From: Octopus vulgaris
Lineage: Eukaryota
Direction of reading: 5' to 3'
DNA length: 64,000 nt
NCBI GenBank assembly: GCA_951406725.2
Contig: OX597817.1
Location: 163,990,001 to 164,054,000, forward strand
Shown here: in pieces, positions 1 to 12,273 of the stretch
Position numbering within the stretch: the stretch's first letter is position 1
How the letters are laid out: every line of letters begins with the position of its first letter
Notes under the pieces: generated by a model
Database searches by the model: none
Told to the model about the DNA's origin: nothing
What the model saw: the letters and a program-made list of their open reading frames with translations, nothing else
Made by a program: the position numbers and the translations under genes

Positions 1-173
1 ATACATATATTCAAACATGCATGCATACTTATATACATGCATACATACATACATACATGCATGCATACATGCATACATGCATTCAAACAGTCATACATAC
101 ATATGTACTTGCATGCATACGTACATACATACATACATACATACATACATACATACATACATACATACATACA

Positions 174-201
<28 letters not shown>
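1..201. repeat. (TACA)n/(TGCA) microsatellite
   Basis: Direct tetranucleotide repeat. Confidence 0.95.
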
Positions 202-204
<3 letters not shown>

Positions 205-431
205 TGTCTGGTGAAATAGATTGATTTTCTGAAATAAAAACAAACCCCCTGAATTTGTAATATGCATTAATTGTAATTTGGCGCAATGTTATGTATTCAT
301 TTATTCATAACGTCATTCGCAGACTATGTAAGAATGGGTTGCTCTTGGTAACACTTTTACGTAACGACAACATAGGAATTTATATGCTCAAAAATGTATG
401 TGTGTATGCTGTCATTTATGCTTTATTTCTA

Positions 432-512
432 TATTTCTCGCCAATGAAAAAAAAAAGAGCCGGTTTGCAACCTAGAACCAAGGCAACTTCATAGGAATTT
501 CAACAAACATCA
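432..512 (+). repeat. Short interspersed repeat fragment, unclassified (second copy ~1650-1727)
   Basis: Shared TTTCT.GCCAA...AAAGAG.CGGTTT..AACCTAGA..CAAGGC motif at both loci. Confidence 0.55.
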
Positions 513-693
513 GTAAGGCACATTTGTGATCGAGTATTTAGAGTCAGTGCATATGCATTTCCGTAGGTTTTCTTCTATGTATATATGTGCGTGTAAATAC
601 AAGTCGTAGCAGACGAGAAACGTCAGCCAACGGCTCCGGAATACTCAAATATGTACATATCTGTATACATACATACATACATACATACATACA

Positions 694-724
<31 letters not shown>

Positions 725-751
725 CTATATGTGTGTGTGTGTGTGTGTGTG

Positions 752-945
752 TATTGTTGGCGATTTTCTTTCTCCGTCTTCCCTTCCTTGGACCTTTCCT
801 GTTTCTATGTTTCTGACGAAGAGCTCCGCTCGAAACGTTAAATCCTCCTTCGTCCTTTCCTTTCCTGAGCGTCCAATAACACCATACTTGTTCCACGTCC
901 TCGCGTTGTTGTGTTTTCTCTTTGTGTTTTCATGTTTGGATTAAC
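752..945 (+). mobile_element. ~190-bp pyrimidine-rich insert between (TG)n and (TA)n carrying a minimal hammerhead; Penelope-like pseudo-LTR/retrozyme-type fragment
   Basis: Bounded by microsatellites on both sides; contains CTGACGA-A-GAGC-TCC-GCTC-GAAACGTT. Confidence 0.6.
809..843 (+). ncRNA. Minimal type-I hammerhead ribozyme motif
   Basis: Stem I GTTT/AAAT, core CTGACGA (813-819), one extra A, stem II GAGC/GCTC, GAAA (832-835), palindromic ACGT stem III, UH=TT. Confidence 0.6.
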
Positions 946-969
946 TATATATATATATATATGTATATA

Positions 970-1048
<79 letters not shown>

Positions 1049-1140
1049 ATGTATGTATATACACACACACATACACACATATATATATACATATCTATAT
1101 ATACATATGTATATATATATGTATATATATATATATGTAT

Positions 1141-1177
<37 letters not shown>

Positions 1178-1201
1178 CATATATATATATATATGTACAT
1201 A

Positions 1202-1279
<78 letters not shown>

Positions 1280-1285
1280 TACATT
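946..1285. repeat. Compound (TA)n/(TG)n/(CA)n microsatellite
   Basis: Direct inspection. Confidence 0.95.
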
Positions 1286-1431
1286 CAAATAGATGCATTG
1301 GTAAGGTTTGCATTTTTTGACAGTTCTATTGACGATTTGTGTCAATAGAACTGTCAACCTTAATTTTGATAATCTTAATTTCTCAAGATTAGTGCTCAGG
1401 CAGTTGGCTACGCATCCTTGTATCTCAATAA

Positions 1432-1483
<52 letters not shown>

Positions 1484-2029
1484 GTAAGTAGAAGGTATGT
1501 AGGTATGTACGCATGTATGTAATATGTATGTGTGCGTATGTATGCATGTATGTATGTACTTTTGTATGTATGCATGCATTTATGTATACATGTATGTATG
1601 TCTGTGTGTATGTGTCTGTGTATGTATGTTATTATTCAGTTTTATTCCACGGTTTCTTGCCAACAGAGAAAGAGTCGGTTTCTAACCTAGATGCAAGGCT
1701 CCTTCTTTGAAATTTCAACATCACCAGTGTATTTGTGCATGTTTGCCTGATTATGTACAGTATTTGGAGTCAGAGCATGTACAGATATGTATTTTTTTTG
1801 TTTTATGTATGTATCCTCAGGCATATAGTTGCTTGTCTAGACATGCGCATATGTACTTAAATACTAAACTTCTGGAAAGTTTTACAAATTTTACTGTTCC
1901 ATATTTATGAATGTATGTATGCATACATGCATGTACGTATGTTCCTAAGCATCTGCATCTGTTAGAAAATATCTGCCCTCTAAAACACATTATACACGAA
2001 CCAATGAATGGAACTCTACGTGAATGCTG

Positions 2030-2215
2030 GGTCTGCTTTGAATAGCAACCAAATCTCCTTCAAATTATACCCTGTCGTTTAGAAAAAAAATTACCTCAGT
2101 AATACAATAGATAATATAGTCTCAGATACACTGCCTGAAACAAAGACCGAATGGTCACAGCTGAAATGCCTTTGAACATAGGTTTGCTTATTCAAAACTC
2201 ACCTCTAGCTAAATG
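2030..2215 (+). mobile_element. Old diverged SINE-like 3' fragment (related pieces ~6560-6650 minus, ~30230-30360, ~46860-46925)
   Basis: Recurring (GAC)CTGCTAGAAATAGCAGCCAAAT-like motif. Confidence 0.45.
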
Positions 2216-2777
2216 AGGACAGCCACAAATAAATCACGTAATTTATAATTAGGAATGGGAATTCTCATTGGATTGCTATAATTATTTTAGACACTGGTTA
2301 CTTCAATTAAATAATCTTGTATCACATTGATTCCACTCCCTCTACGTTGACACATATAAATCTTTCATTACATTCCACCATTTTTTACGCCACAGATATA
2401 AAACTAAAGCGAAACACAAATCTATTTTATGACAGGCTGACGGTTCTGTAAATAATTAATCATGACATCTAAACATGACAAAGAATTGTCGGTGAGAGAT
2501 ACCGAGCAAAAATCATGACAAGAAATCTAGTCTGTGCTGGAAAATTATAAATATTTGAGATAAATTTCTACATCGTCTGAGACAAACAATTCAAGACTTT
2601 CGCTCATCAAAACCAAATATTTTAGGGATTGTAGCAATAGCATTCACTACGTTGCAACACATGAGATCATTTGTATTAAAGACTTTTTCTTTTCAGAAAT
2701 GCCGAGTAAACATATTTCTAAGAATCGTCTGCATTATTAAAGCAATAAAGATGATTTTATTATTAACAATGTTTTAA

Positions 2778-3400
2778 GACGGCAAGCTGGCAGAATCGTT
2801 AGCACGCCGGGCAAAATGCTTGGCGGCATTTCGTCCGTTTATACGTTCTGAGTTCAACTTCCACTGAGGTCGAATTTGCCTTTCATCCTTTCGGGGCCAA
2901 TAAAATAAGTATAAGTACTGGGTCGATGTAATCGACTAATCGTCCCACTAAATTTCTGGCCTTGTGCCTCTAGTAGAAAGGATTATTAACAAGGTCTTAA
3001 AGCGACGAGCTGGCAGAATCGTTAGCGCGCCGGGCGAAATACTTAGCGGTATTTCGTCTGCCGTTACGTTCTGAGTTCAAATTCCGCCGAGGTCGACTTT
3101 GCCTTTCACCCTTTCGGGGTCGATTAAATAAGTACCAATTACGCACTGGCATCGATATAATCGATTTAATCCGTTTGTCTGTCTTTGTTTGTCCTCTCTG
3201 TGTTTAGCCCCTTGTGGGTAGTAAAGAAAGCGGTATTTAGACTGACTCAACGTTTCAACGTTCTGAGATCAAATTCCGTCGAGATTGCCTTTCATCCTTT
3301 CGAGGCTAAGAAGTAAGTACCAGTCAAGCACTGGGGTCGATGAAATCGACTAACTCCCTTCTCCGGAAGCTGCTGGTCTTGTTTCAAAATCAGAAACCAT
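2778..3400 (+). mobile_element. Cluster of three SINE family B copies (tRNA head plus Deu/Nin-like GCCTTTCATCCTTTCGGGGTCGAT domain)
   Basis: GGCGAGCTGGCAGAATCGTTAG head at 2778 and 3001; B-box-like GAGTTCAAATTCC; third copy diverged. Confidence 0.85.
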
Positions 3401-3504
3401 TATTGCTTTGAGAATGTTGGATTGGTAAAATCGTTAGCGCATCGGACAGAATACCTCGTTATACTGGTTCATACTATCTATGTTGTGAGTTCAAATCATA
3501 AGAT

Positions 3505-3571
<67 letters not shown>

Positions 3572-3730
3572 ATACACACACACATATATATTGAAGGCAA
3601 GGAAGGAAGCTCTGGCTGCCCCCAGTAACCCAGACACCCACCGAAGATTCTCTCACAGTGCAATGCAGCCGGTTTTGAGGATGTAAAAAGGGGGAGGAAT
3701 GGAGAGGAGAAGGAAAGAGAGATGGAGAGG

Positions 3731-3800
<70 letters not shown>

Positions 3801-4054
3801 TAATAGAAAGAGACCTTGTGGGACTTCTGATAGCAGAGGTCCGCTCTCACGTGTTCATGTGTGTGTCTGGGGCTGTGTATCTCTGTGCGTCTGCGATTGT
3901 ATATCTGTATGTATCTATGCATGCATATGTCCATCTATTTCTCTCTCTCTCTCTCCCTCTCATTATATAGCTATCCATCTATCTTTCAATTTGTACATAC
4001 ATGCATATGTATATGTGCGTGTGTGCTGCGTGTGTGTGTGTGTGTGTGAATGTG

Positions 4055-4085
<31 letters not shown>

Positions 4086-4126
4086 ATATATATTTATATA
4101 TATATATATATATGTACATATATATC

Positions 4127-4191
<65 letters not shown>

Positions 4192-4704
4192 CGATAGAGA
4201 AAGATTATATATGTATATACATATTTATGTGTGTTTTGTATTTGTGTATGCCTGTATATGTATGTCCGTATGTATGTTTATCTGTCCATCCGCCATTTAT
4301 CTTTGCCAATCAATCTCGTCGTTAAATGTAGGAATCACTCGCGATTGTTTTCAATGAATTTCTAACTAATTAATCCTTTCAACATACATTATTTCAATTA
4401 TTACACCTCCATTTTATAACCTATTATCCCTTCCATTTTCAACTACTTAATGATATGAATTGCCTATTCTGATATGCGCGCGCGCGCGTGTGTGTGTATG
4501 CGTGTGTGTATGCGTATGTGTGTGTGTGTGTGTGTGTCCTATTCTTTTTTTTTTTTCTATTACCTGAGAACAATATCAATGAAATATATAGATTGCGTTT
4601 TCAATGGAACAGCCGTTTGTTTCGTCGATTCCTGCTGCTTCACAACAAAAGAATGATATATAGCCAAGCAAATATAGCTTATTTCGATTGAGAGTTGCTG
4701 CTCT

Positions 4705-5126
<422 letters not shown>

Positions 5127-5734
5127 AGTAGTTTTATTTTTATTTTTATAGCGTGCATTCACTTCACTACCGAGCGCAGCTCTGTGTGCCTTGTGTATGT
5201 GCTGTGATTTGTTGTGATGCTCTGATGGTTATTGTATGGAAAGTGTTCTGCGTAGGATGTGTGCAGTGCCTAGTAGTGCAATTTTCTGTATGTTATATGT
5301 GTTTGTAAGTCCTGGTGTTTTTGTTATGTATTTGTCTGAATATTTTTTTATCATGCCTAATGCACCTACTATGATAGGAATTGTTTCTGTTTTCAGATTC
5401 CACATTCTAGTTACCTCTATTTCCAGGTCTTTGTATTTTGAGAGTTTCTCCATTTCTTTTAGAGACACGTTGTCATCTGCCGGTACTGATACATCAATTA
5501 GAAAGCATTTTTTTTCTTCATGGTCTCTGACAACTATATCTGGTCTGTTGGCCTTAATTTCTCTATCTGTGTGTATCGGCATATCCCAGAGTATGGTTGC
5601 TTTCTCGTTTTCTGTGACCTTTTCTGGTGTGTGCCTATACCATCTTTTTTCTGTTGTTATTCCAGGTGGTATAGGCACACACCAGAAAAGGTCACAGAAA
5701 ACGAGAAAGCAACCATACTCTGGGATATGCCGAT
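5127..5734 (-). mobile_element. 5'-truncated R4/Dong-type non-LTR retrotransposon (restriction-like endonuclease C-terminus plus 3' UTR) inserted in (TAA)n
   Basis: Minus-strand frame WYRHTPEKVTENEKATILWDMPIHTDREIKANRPDIVV...IDVSVP...EKLSKYKDL...PIIVGALG, stop at 5229; the PD..D motif is typical of RLE LINEs; (TAA)n on both flanks. Confidence 0.9.
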
Positions 5735-5849
5735 TATTATTATTATTATTATTGTTATTATTATCATCATTATTATTATTATTATTATTATTATCATCAT
5801 CATTATCATCATCATCATCATAATCATCATCATCATCATCATCATCATT

Positions 5850-5902
<53 letters not shown>

Positions 5903-5927
5903 ATTTATTATAATTATTATTATTATT
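5735..5927. repeat. (TTA)n/(CAT)n microsatellite
   Basis: Direct inspection. Confidence 0.95.
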
Positions 5928-6418
5928 GAGTGAGACAGCACTGCATACCATCAAAGTGACACTGGGGTAAAATATACGAAGCCCAGTATACCCATCATGA
6001 CTACCCGTCTGATAAGGGTACATTAGGCACATGCATCACAGCCATATGTGCGCCACATGGTGATCTCATATCAAGATAAACAGCGAATGACCTTGCAGAT
6101 GGGGTCCAGTTAGAAGTTTCTTCTGGTCGAGTAACACATCCCGCTCAAAAGGTCCCTGAATAAGGGTTGTTTAAGGATGTTGAACGAAACACCCATGTTT
6201 CCAGGGGTTAATTCTTCAAACCCCAAAGAATCCCTCTCAACATATGGCTATGATGCTCCCCCACTACTTCTACTCGTGATCAGAGATGCACATATCGTCA
6301 GCCACTAAGGGACATGCTCAACTGATTAAGGTCAAACAACTGACAAGCAAATCTGTGGTATTGAGCAGAATATTTGCTGTAGCCCATCGTTTATACGAAG
6401 ACAAAACAATGTACATGA

Positions 6419-6420
<2 letters not shown>
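5928..6420. mobile_element. ~490-bp non-coding element inserted in (TTA)n, probably a non-autonomous retroelement or LINE UTR
   Basis: Complex, higher-GC sequence with (TTA)n on both sides; no convincing ORF. Confidence 0.5.
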
Positions 6421-6464
<44 letters not shown>

Positions 6465-7103
6465 GCTGTTGTAACTTCTATTATTGTTTCCGCCGTTGTG
6501 GCTTATCCCCCAAGTAAACCTTAAACCTTCTGTCCCTTTAGGGATATCTAGGAATATAATCTCATTTGCTTTTAGACAGTGGTGGTATAATTCGAGGGAC
6601 ATCTTGCTGCTATTTCTAACAGGTCAGTTGACCACGTAAGGGGTTTATCGTTGGCTTCATTAAAAGTATTTGGTATCGTTGGTTGGTCATGAGTCTACGC
6701 CAATTATCTGTGAATTAAATAGAGCAGATAATAATATTGTCTTCTAATTACATATTACTTTGGCAATTCAGTCATGAAGCGATGTAAGGAAGTAAATGGG
6801 AACAAAGACATGCAAAGACGCATGATGTGTAAACGAGAAGTGATGAAATAAATGTACCGAAGGTTTACTAGGAGAGAAAACTCAGATAAATAACAGTTGG
6901 ATGATATGGACTGGCAGAATCGTTAGAACTTCGGGTAAAATACCTTGGGTAATTTGCTGCTGTTCTTTGCAATCAGAGTGCAAATTCTGTCAAGATTATC
7001 TTTGCCTTTCATCCTTCCAGGGTCGATAAAATAAAGGACATTATGTAAAAGACTTCCTGAGTGTGAACGTTAATGGTCAGCAAATTTGAATAATGTATCA
7101 TTG

Positions 7104-7335
7104 AGAGGCACATGGTTTAATGGTTAGAGTGTTGGACTCAGGATCGTAAGTTTGTAGTTTGGATTCCTGGACCGGATGATGTGTTGTGTTCTTGAGCAAA
7201 ACACTTCATTTCAGTCCGCGCTACCAGTAAAAATGAGTAATCCTACGACGGACCAACGTCTCGTCCTGGGAGGAATATACATGCCAGAGAAACCCGGAAA
7301 CCGGCCCTATGCTCTTTACGGAGCAATGTGGGTTA
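7104..7335 (+). mobile_element. SINE family E (tRNA head; TGTTGTGTTCTTGAGCAAAACACTT; CG..GGAC...CGTC.CGTCC body), diverged
   Basis: Similar to copies at 32791-33030 and 53719-53925. Confidence 0.7.
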
Positions 7336-7449
7336 GCCATCATTAAGAGAGCTAGAACAAAGAATTCAATGAAACAGATGTGTGGGCCATTTTCTGCATA
7401 AACTAATTGTTGCAGAGGAGGTTGAATGGACAATGTTTTCGCCGTCTAA

Positions 7450-7737
7450 TTATCTCCGCCTTAGAGTGTTTGTTTGTTTGTTTGTTTGTCCGTGGATAAG
7501 ATATCTCAAGAACCGCTGGATGGATTCGATGAAACTTTCAGGGATATTTAGCCTTGTGACTGGTACGAACTGATTAGATTTTGGAATCGATCTGGTATCG
7601 GACAAGGATTCTGAATTATCTTTCCTGTCTTTTTTACTTAATTTTTGAGAGCGGTCGGGTTCATTTTTAGTATTCTCGTTTGTGAGAGCAGCCGAGTTTA
7701 TTTCAGATATTCCCATTTTAGAAATCATCTCTGGCAA
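7450..7737 (+). mobile_element. Helentron-associated (HINE/DINE-like) non-autonomous element fragment
   Basis: TTATCTCCGCC start, internal (TTTG)n, then GATATCTCAAGAACCGCTGGATGGATT..ATGAAACTTTCAGGG, a layout typical of these elements. Confidence 0.5.
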
Positions 7738-7744
7738 ATCTGTG

Positions 7745-8085
7745 TACCAAATCCACTCACAAGGCATTGGTCGGCCCGGGGCTAAAGTAGAAGACACTTG
7801 CCCAAGATGCCACGCAGTGGGACTGAACCCGGAACCATGTGGTTGGTTAGCAAGCTACTTACCACACAGCCACTCCTGCGCCTATTATTATATATTATTA
7901 TTTTCTTGTTTCTTGTTTCAATCATTGGACTGTGGCCTTACTGGGACGCCACCTTCAAGTGTTTAGTCAAACAAATATATTCCATTTCTTATTTTTCAAG
8001 TCTAGTACTTATTCTGTCGGTTCCTTTTGTAGAACTGTTAAGTTACGGAGACGTGTGCAAATCAGTACCGACTTTCAAGCAATGA
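7745..8085 (-). mobile_element. SINE family A: young 5' half (7745-7883) and an older 3' half (7905-8085)
   Basis: Reverse complement of GGCGCAGGAGTGGCTGTGTGGTAAG...CTTGGGCAAGTG (tRNA head plus CORE-like segment). Confidence 0.85.
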
Positions 8086-8273
8086 GGAAAAGGAACAAAC
8101 AGAAAGAGATAGACAGACACGCACATATGCACTAGAGCACACACATTCGCTACCCGCATATACATGTGAGTATGTGTGTGTGTGTGTGTGAATGCTATCA
8201 TTATACTGCGGCCATGCTGGGGCATCGCCATGAAGGGTTCAGTCGAACGAATCGACCACGGTACTATTTTTAA

Positions 8274-8504
8274 GGCGGCGAGCTGGCAGAAACGTTAGTA
8301 CGCCGGGCGAAATGCTTAGCAGTATTTCGTCTGCCGCTACGTTCTGAGTTCAAATCCCGCCGAGGTCGACTTTGCCTTTCATCCTTTCGGGGTCGATTAA
8401 ATAAGTACCAGTTATGCACTGGAGTCGATATAATCGACTTAATCCGTTTGTCTGTCCTTGTTTGTCCTCTCTGTGTTTAGTCCCTTGTGGGCAGTAAAGA
8501 AATA
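8274..8504 (+). mobile_element. Full-length SINE family B with 14-bp TSD GGTACTATTTTTAA, nested in an old family A tail
   Basis: TSD at 8260-8273 and 8505-8518. Confidence 0.92.
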
Positions 8505-8559
8505 GGTACTATTTTTAAAGCCTGGTACTTATAGGAAAAGATACTGTAGATATTTTCAG

Positions 8560-9170
8560 TAGTTCCGCAAACGTTAACTGTTTTAGTATTGTTCTGTGTT
8601 GAATCCACTCGACGTAAATTCCGTGTATACTATACATACTGTTTGAAAATAACCCCCAAAATTTCATTCAGTAATATCCTTTGTGCTTCCTTGTATTCAA
8701 CTAGAATATTGGCACCGTTATGACATTCTTGTTTCTTATAATCTCCCAAAAGAAAGCCAGTTTTACTCAATGTTTCCTCCATCAGGTTTGCAATATCACA
8801 GTCTCTTTTCTTGCAACACTCTTCAAAAGATAAAAAATTCCCTTTAATGTTAGACTTGCAATCTTTAGTTTGAAGATAATGATAAATGACACATGTTAAT
8901 GTTGAGCACGAGCGGAATCAGGTGCTGCATAGAATATTATTAAATACTGTTTTTCTTTTGATCTGTCAGATAATATGCTTTTCAAAACAAGATTGGAGTG
9001 AAGACAACTAAATTCACTTTGTGATTCAACTGACAAATAATGGGCTTCCATCCTTTCTAATTTTTCCTGTCATCCTTTGAACTTCCAGACAGGTGATTCA
9101 AATACTGAATCCTACTGAGACAAAAGTCAACCAACCCAAGGAAGTTAGTTACCACTGTGAGTATCACCAG
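8560..9170 (-). pseudogene. Decayed hAT (Tip100/ZMYM1-like) transposase
   Basis: Minus-strand segments MEAHYLSVESQSEF and FLSFEECCKKRDCDIANLMEETLSKTGFLLGDYKKQECHNGANILVEYKEAQRIL resemble the hAT HYLS..SQNEF and CRGQGYDNGANM motifs; stops and frameshifts present. Confidence 0.7.
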
Positions 9171-9218
9171 TAAAATGATAGGTAGCACGGAATATTAACA
9201 CTAAAATAATGTTAACAA

Positions 9219-9485
9219 GAGCCTGTCGTGTATATGTATATATATATATATATGTGTGCGTGTATATGTTTGTGTGTCTGTGTTTGTCCCCCTAGCATTG
9301 CTTGACAACCGATGCTGGTGTGTTTACGTCCCCGTCACTTAGCGGTTCGGCAAAAGAGACCGATAGAATAAGTACTGGGTTTACAAAAGAATAAGTCCCG
9401 GGGTTGATTTGCTCGACTAAAGGCGGTGTTCCAGCATGGCCGCAGTCAAATGACTGAAACAAGTAAAAGAGTAAAAGAGAGTAAA
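9219..9485 (+). mobile_element. SINE family A, 3' half
   Basis: GCTTGACAACCGATGCTGG...GGCCGCAGTCAAATGACTGAAACAAGTAAAAGAG tail. Confidence 0.9.
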
Positions 9486-9783
9486 GTAACTGCGCACGGA
9501 AACAAATCATATCGCTAACAGTCTGCCAAGAAAGAAAGAGAAAGAAAACTTTTGATGGTAACTAGAGAAATGATGACAACCAAACAAAAGATTCTGACAT
9601 ATTGTACGTTATTTTGGACATCTGTTTTAATGCCATTCTGATTCTGTCATTAGTGGTCTTAGCAAGAATATTTGAAGCTGCAAAGAAATTGTCTGATACG
9701 TTTTCATTTATTTTTGCAACACCTGTCTGTATCGGGAAATTTTTTTTGACCACAAAATGTGTGACATTATTAAAATTTCACAA

Positions 9784-9952
9784 GGCGTAGGAGTGGCTGT
9801 GTGGTAAGTAGCTTGCTTGCCTGCTAACCACATGGTTCCGGGTTCAGTCCCACTGCGTGGCACCTTGGGCAAGTGTCTTCTACTATAGCCTCGGGCCGAC
9901 CAAAGCCTTGTGAGTGGATTTGGTAGACGGAAACTGAAAGAAGCCCGTCGTA

Positions 9953-9985
<33 letters not shown>

Positions 9986-10135
9986 TAATCAATTTAGGGT
10001 AGTAAAAAATTCGATAAAAATTTATCACTACCAGCGGCCCAGTGGAAAAGAAAAATAGTCATGAGACTAAAATGTAAATATATAACAATTTACGAATGGC
10101 CTGTTAAGGCCATTCCTAAATTGTTATATATTTAC

Positions 10136-10205
<70 letters not shown>

Positions 10206-10420
10206 TTGTGTGTCTGTGTTTGCCACCCCCCAACATCGCTTGACAACCGTTGTGGTGTGTTTACGTCCCCGTAACTTTGCGGTTCGGCAAAAGAGTGACC
10301 GATAGAATAAGTACTAGGCTTACAAAGAATAAATCCTGGGGTCGATTTGCTCGGTTAAAGGCGGTGCTCCAGCATGGCCAGCAGTCAAATGACTGTAACA
10401 AGTAAAAGAAAGAATAAAAG
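9784..10420 (+). mobile_element. SINE family A interrupted in its internal (TA)n by a ~150-bp fold-back insert (9985-10137)
   Basis: Head at 9784, tail resumes at ~10200. Confidence 0.85.
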
Positions 10421-10577
10421 TGATGAGCTGGCAGAATCATTGGCAGAATGTTTAGCGCCGTTTCATACCCGGCAACATTTTTGCACTCACGGCAGCACAC
10501 AATTTCCTACTGCAAAGGTAAGATCCTAGTTTATCATTTTGTGTTCTTTAGTAATAGATATAATATTAAAATGGCCA

Positions 10578-10805
10578 GCGGCGAGCTGGCAGAAACGTTA
10601 GCGCGCCGGGCGAAATGCATAGCCGTATTTCGTCTGCCGCTACGTTCCGAGTTCAAATTCCGCCGAGGTCGACTTTGCCTTTCATCCTTTCGGGGTCGAT
10701 AAATTAAGTACCAGTTACGCACTGGGGTTGATGTAATCGACTTAATCCCTTTGTCTGTCCTTGTTTGTCCCCTCTGTGTGTAGCCCCTTGTGGGTAGTAA
10801 ATAAA
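10578..10805 (+). mobile_element. Full-length SINE family B with TSD ATATAATATTAAAATG
   Basis: TSD at ~10558-10573 and ~10807-10822. Confidence 0.9.
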
Positions 10806-11563
10806 TATATAATATTAAAATGAAGTAGTTTTTAGTTTTTAAAAGTGGTGGATGGACATAAATCATTTCACTTTTTCTTCTTTCTCTTCGGCCCTGAGTT
10901 GAGTGGCGACAACAATGTTCGAGAGTAGCTGTAATACGAAGACTATCTTTGTTTCTCCTCCATAGTAATAGATACGATAACTACAAAAGCGGCGTAAAAT
11001 ACCTCTACAACACCACAAATATCATTAGAACACCACCAATACCATTACAACGATACTGACAGAATAAGTATCAGCTTCAACAAATAAATACTGGGATAAA
11101 TTTATTCGACTAAACCCTTCAAAGTGGTGTTCCAATATGGCAGCCGTAATACCAATAACACTACGGCAACAGCACGAACAACTACTCACTAATTATAAAA
11201 CGAAAACGAGAAAGAAGGAAGATTATTTAAACAAAAACAAAAAAAATCTATATTTCATAACCAAGATAGATTTGAAAGAACTGTCAGCTCCTGGCAGATG
11301 TTGGTGAAGCAACACACGTTAAATAGCACCTCTAGCAACGCTTAAAATCAACGATGATTCTACCAAGACATACAGTTAACATAAACTAAACAATTGGAAT
11401 ATCCGCTTCGCAGTTTGTTATTCTAACACGTTGAATAGTGTAAACATTGTTTTAACGTATCTGTTTAAATTGCAGTGGAAACAAACACCCGTTAATATTC
11501 TTTTATTCTCTTGTTGGCTTTAATCATTGGACTGCAGCCATGCTGGGGCACCGCCTTCATTAG

Positions 11564-11599
<36 letters not shown>

Positions 11600-11601
<2 letters not shown>

Positions 11602-11741
11602 TCTTTACTCTTTTACTTGTTTCAGTCATTTGACTGCGGCCATGCTGGAGCACCGCCTTTAGTCGAGCAAATTGACCCCAGGAATTATTCTTTGTAAGCC
11701 TAGTACTTATTCTATCGGTCTCTTTTGCCGAACCGCTAAGT
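11600..11741 (-). mobile_element. SINE family A 3' fragment
   Basis: Reverse complement of the family A tail. Confidence 0.85.
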
Positions 11742-12111
11742 TATATATATATATATATATATATATAACAAATAAAAGACAGAAGATGGAATATACGAGA
11801 ATATATTATTAATCACAACAATTGTTTCGACACATCTAGCATCGACTCCTCTTGTGGGACACACAAAAAAAAACTGGTACAGGAGCATCCGGCGGTGCGG
11901 ACGTATCTCGTCGGGTGATAAATAAATAAAAAATCTCGTTAAAATGACAGCTCCATAATGCAACTCTTCGTTTTGCAGAGAGAAAAACAGCCAAACGGGG
12001 GAAAATTCTTCATATATATAGAAGATCCAAATATAAAATTTCAGAAGACAAAAAGAGAAACGAACACTTAATTCAACGAGAAAAGTATTGAAAATAACCG
12101 TTAACCGATAT

Positions 12112-12273
12112 ATACACGACGGGCTTCTTTCAGTTTCCGTCTACCAAATCCAGTCACAAGGCTGAAGTCGACTGAAGCTATAATAGAAGTTATTTGTCTA
12201 AGGTGCCGCGCAGTGTGACTGAACCCGGAGCCATTTGGATGGGAAGCAAACTTCTTACCACACAGCAACTCTT
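12112..12273 (-). mobile_element. SINE family A 5' half, diverged; head interrupted by a family B dimer
   Basis: Matches the family A 5' region. Confidence 0.8.

Noticed and set aside
911-1579. YI/HT/CV-repeat ORFs here and throughout the window
   Set aside because: Stop-free di- and tetranucleotide repeats.
9708-10028. Recurring peptide [40 protein letters not shown] in many ORFs
   Set aside because: Antisense translation of SINE family A, not a gene family.
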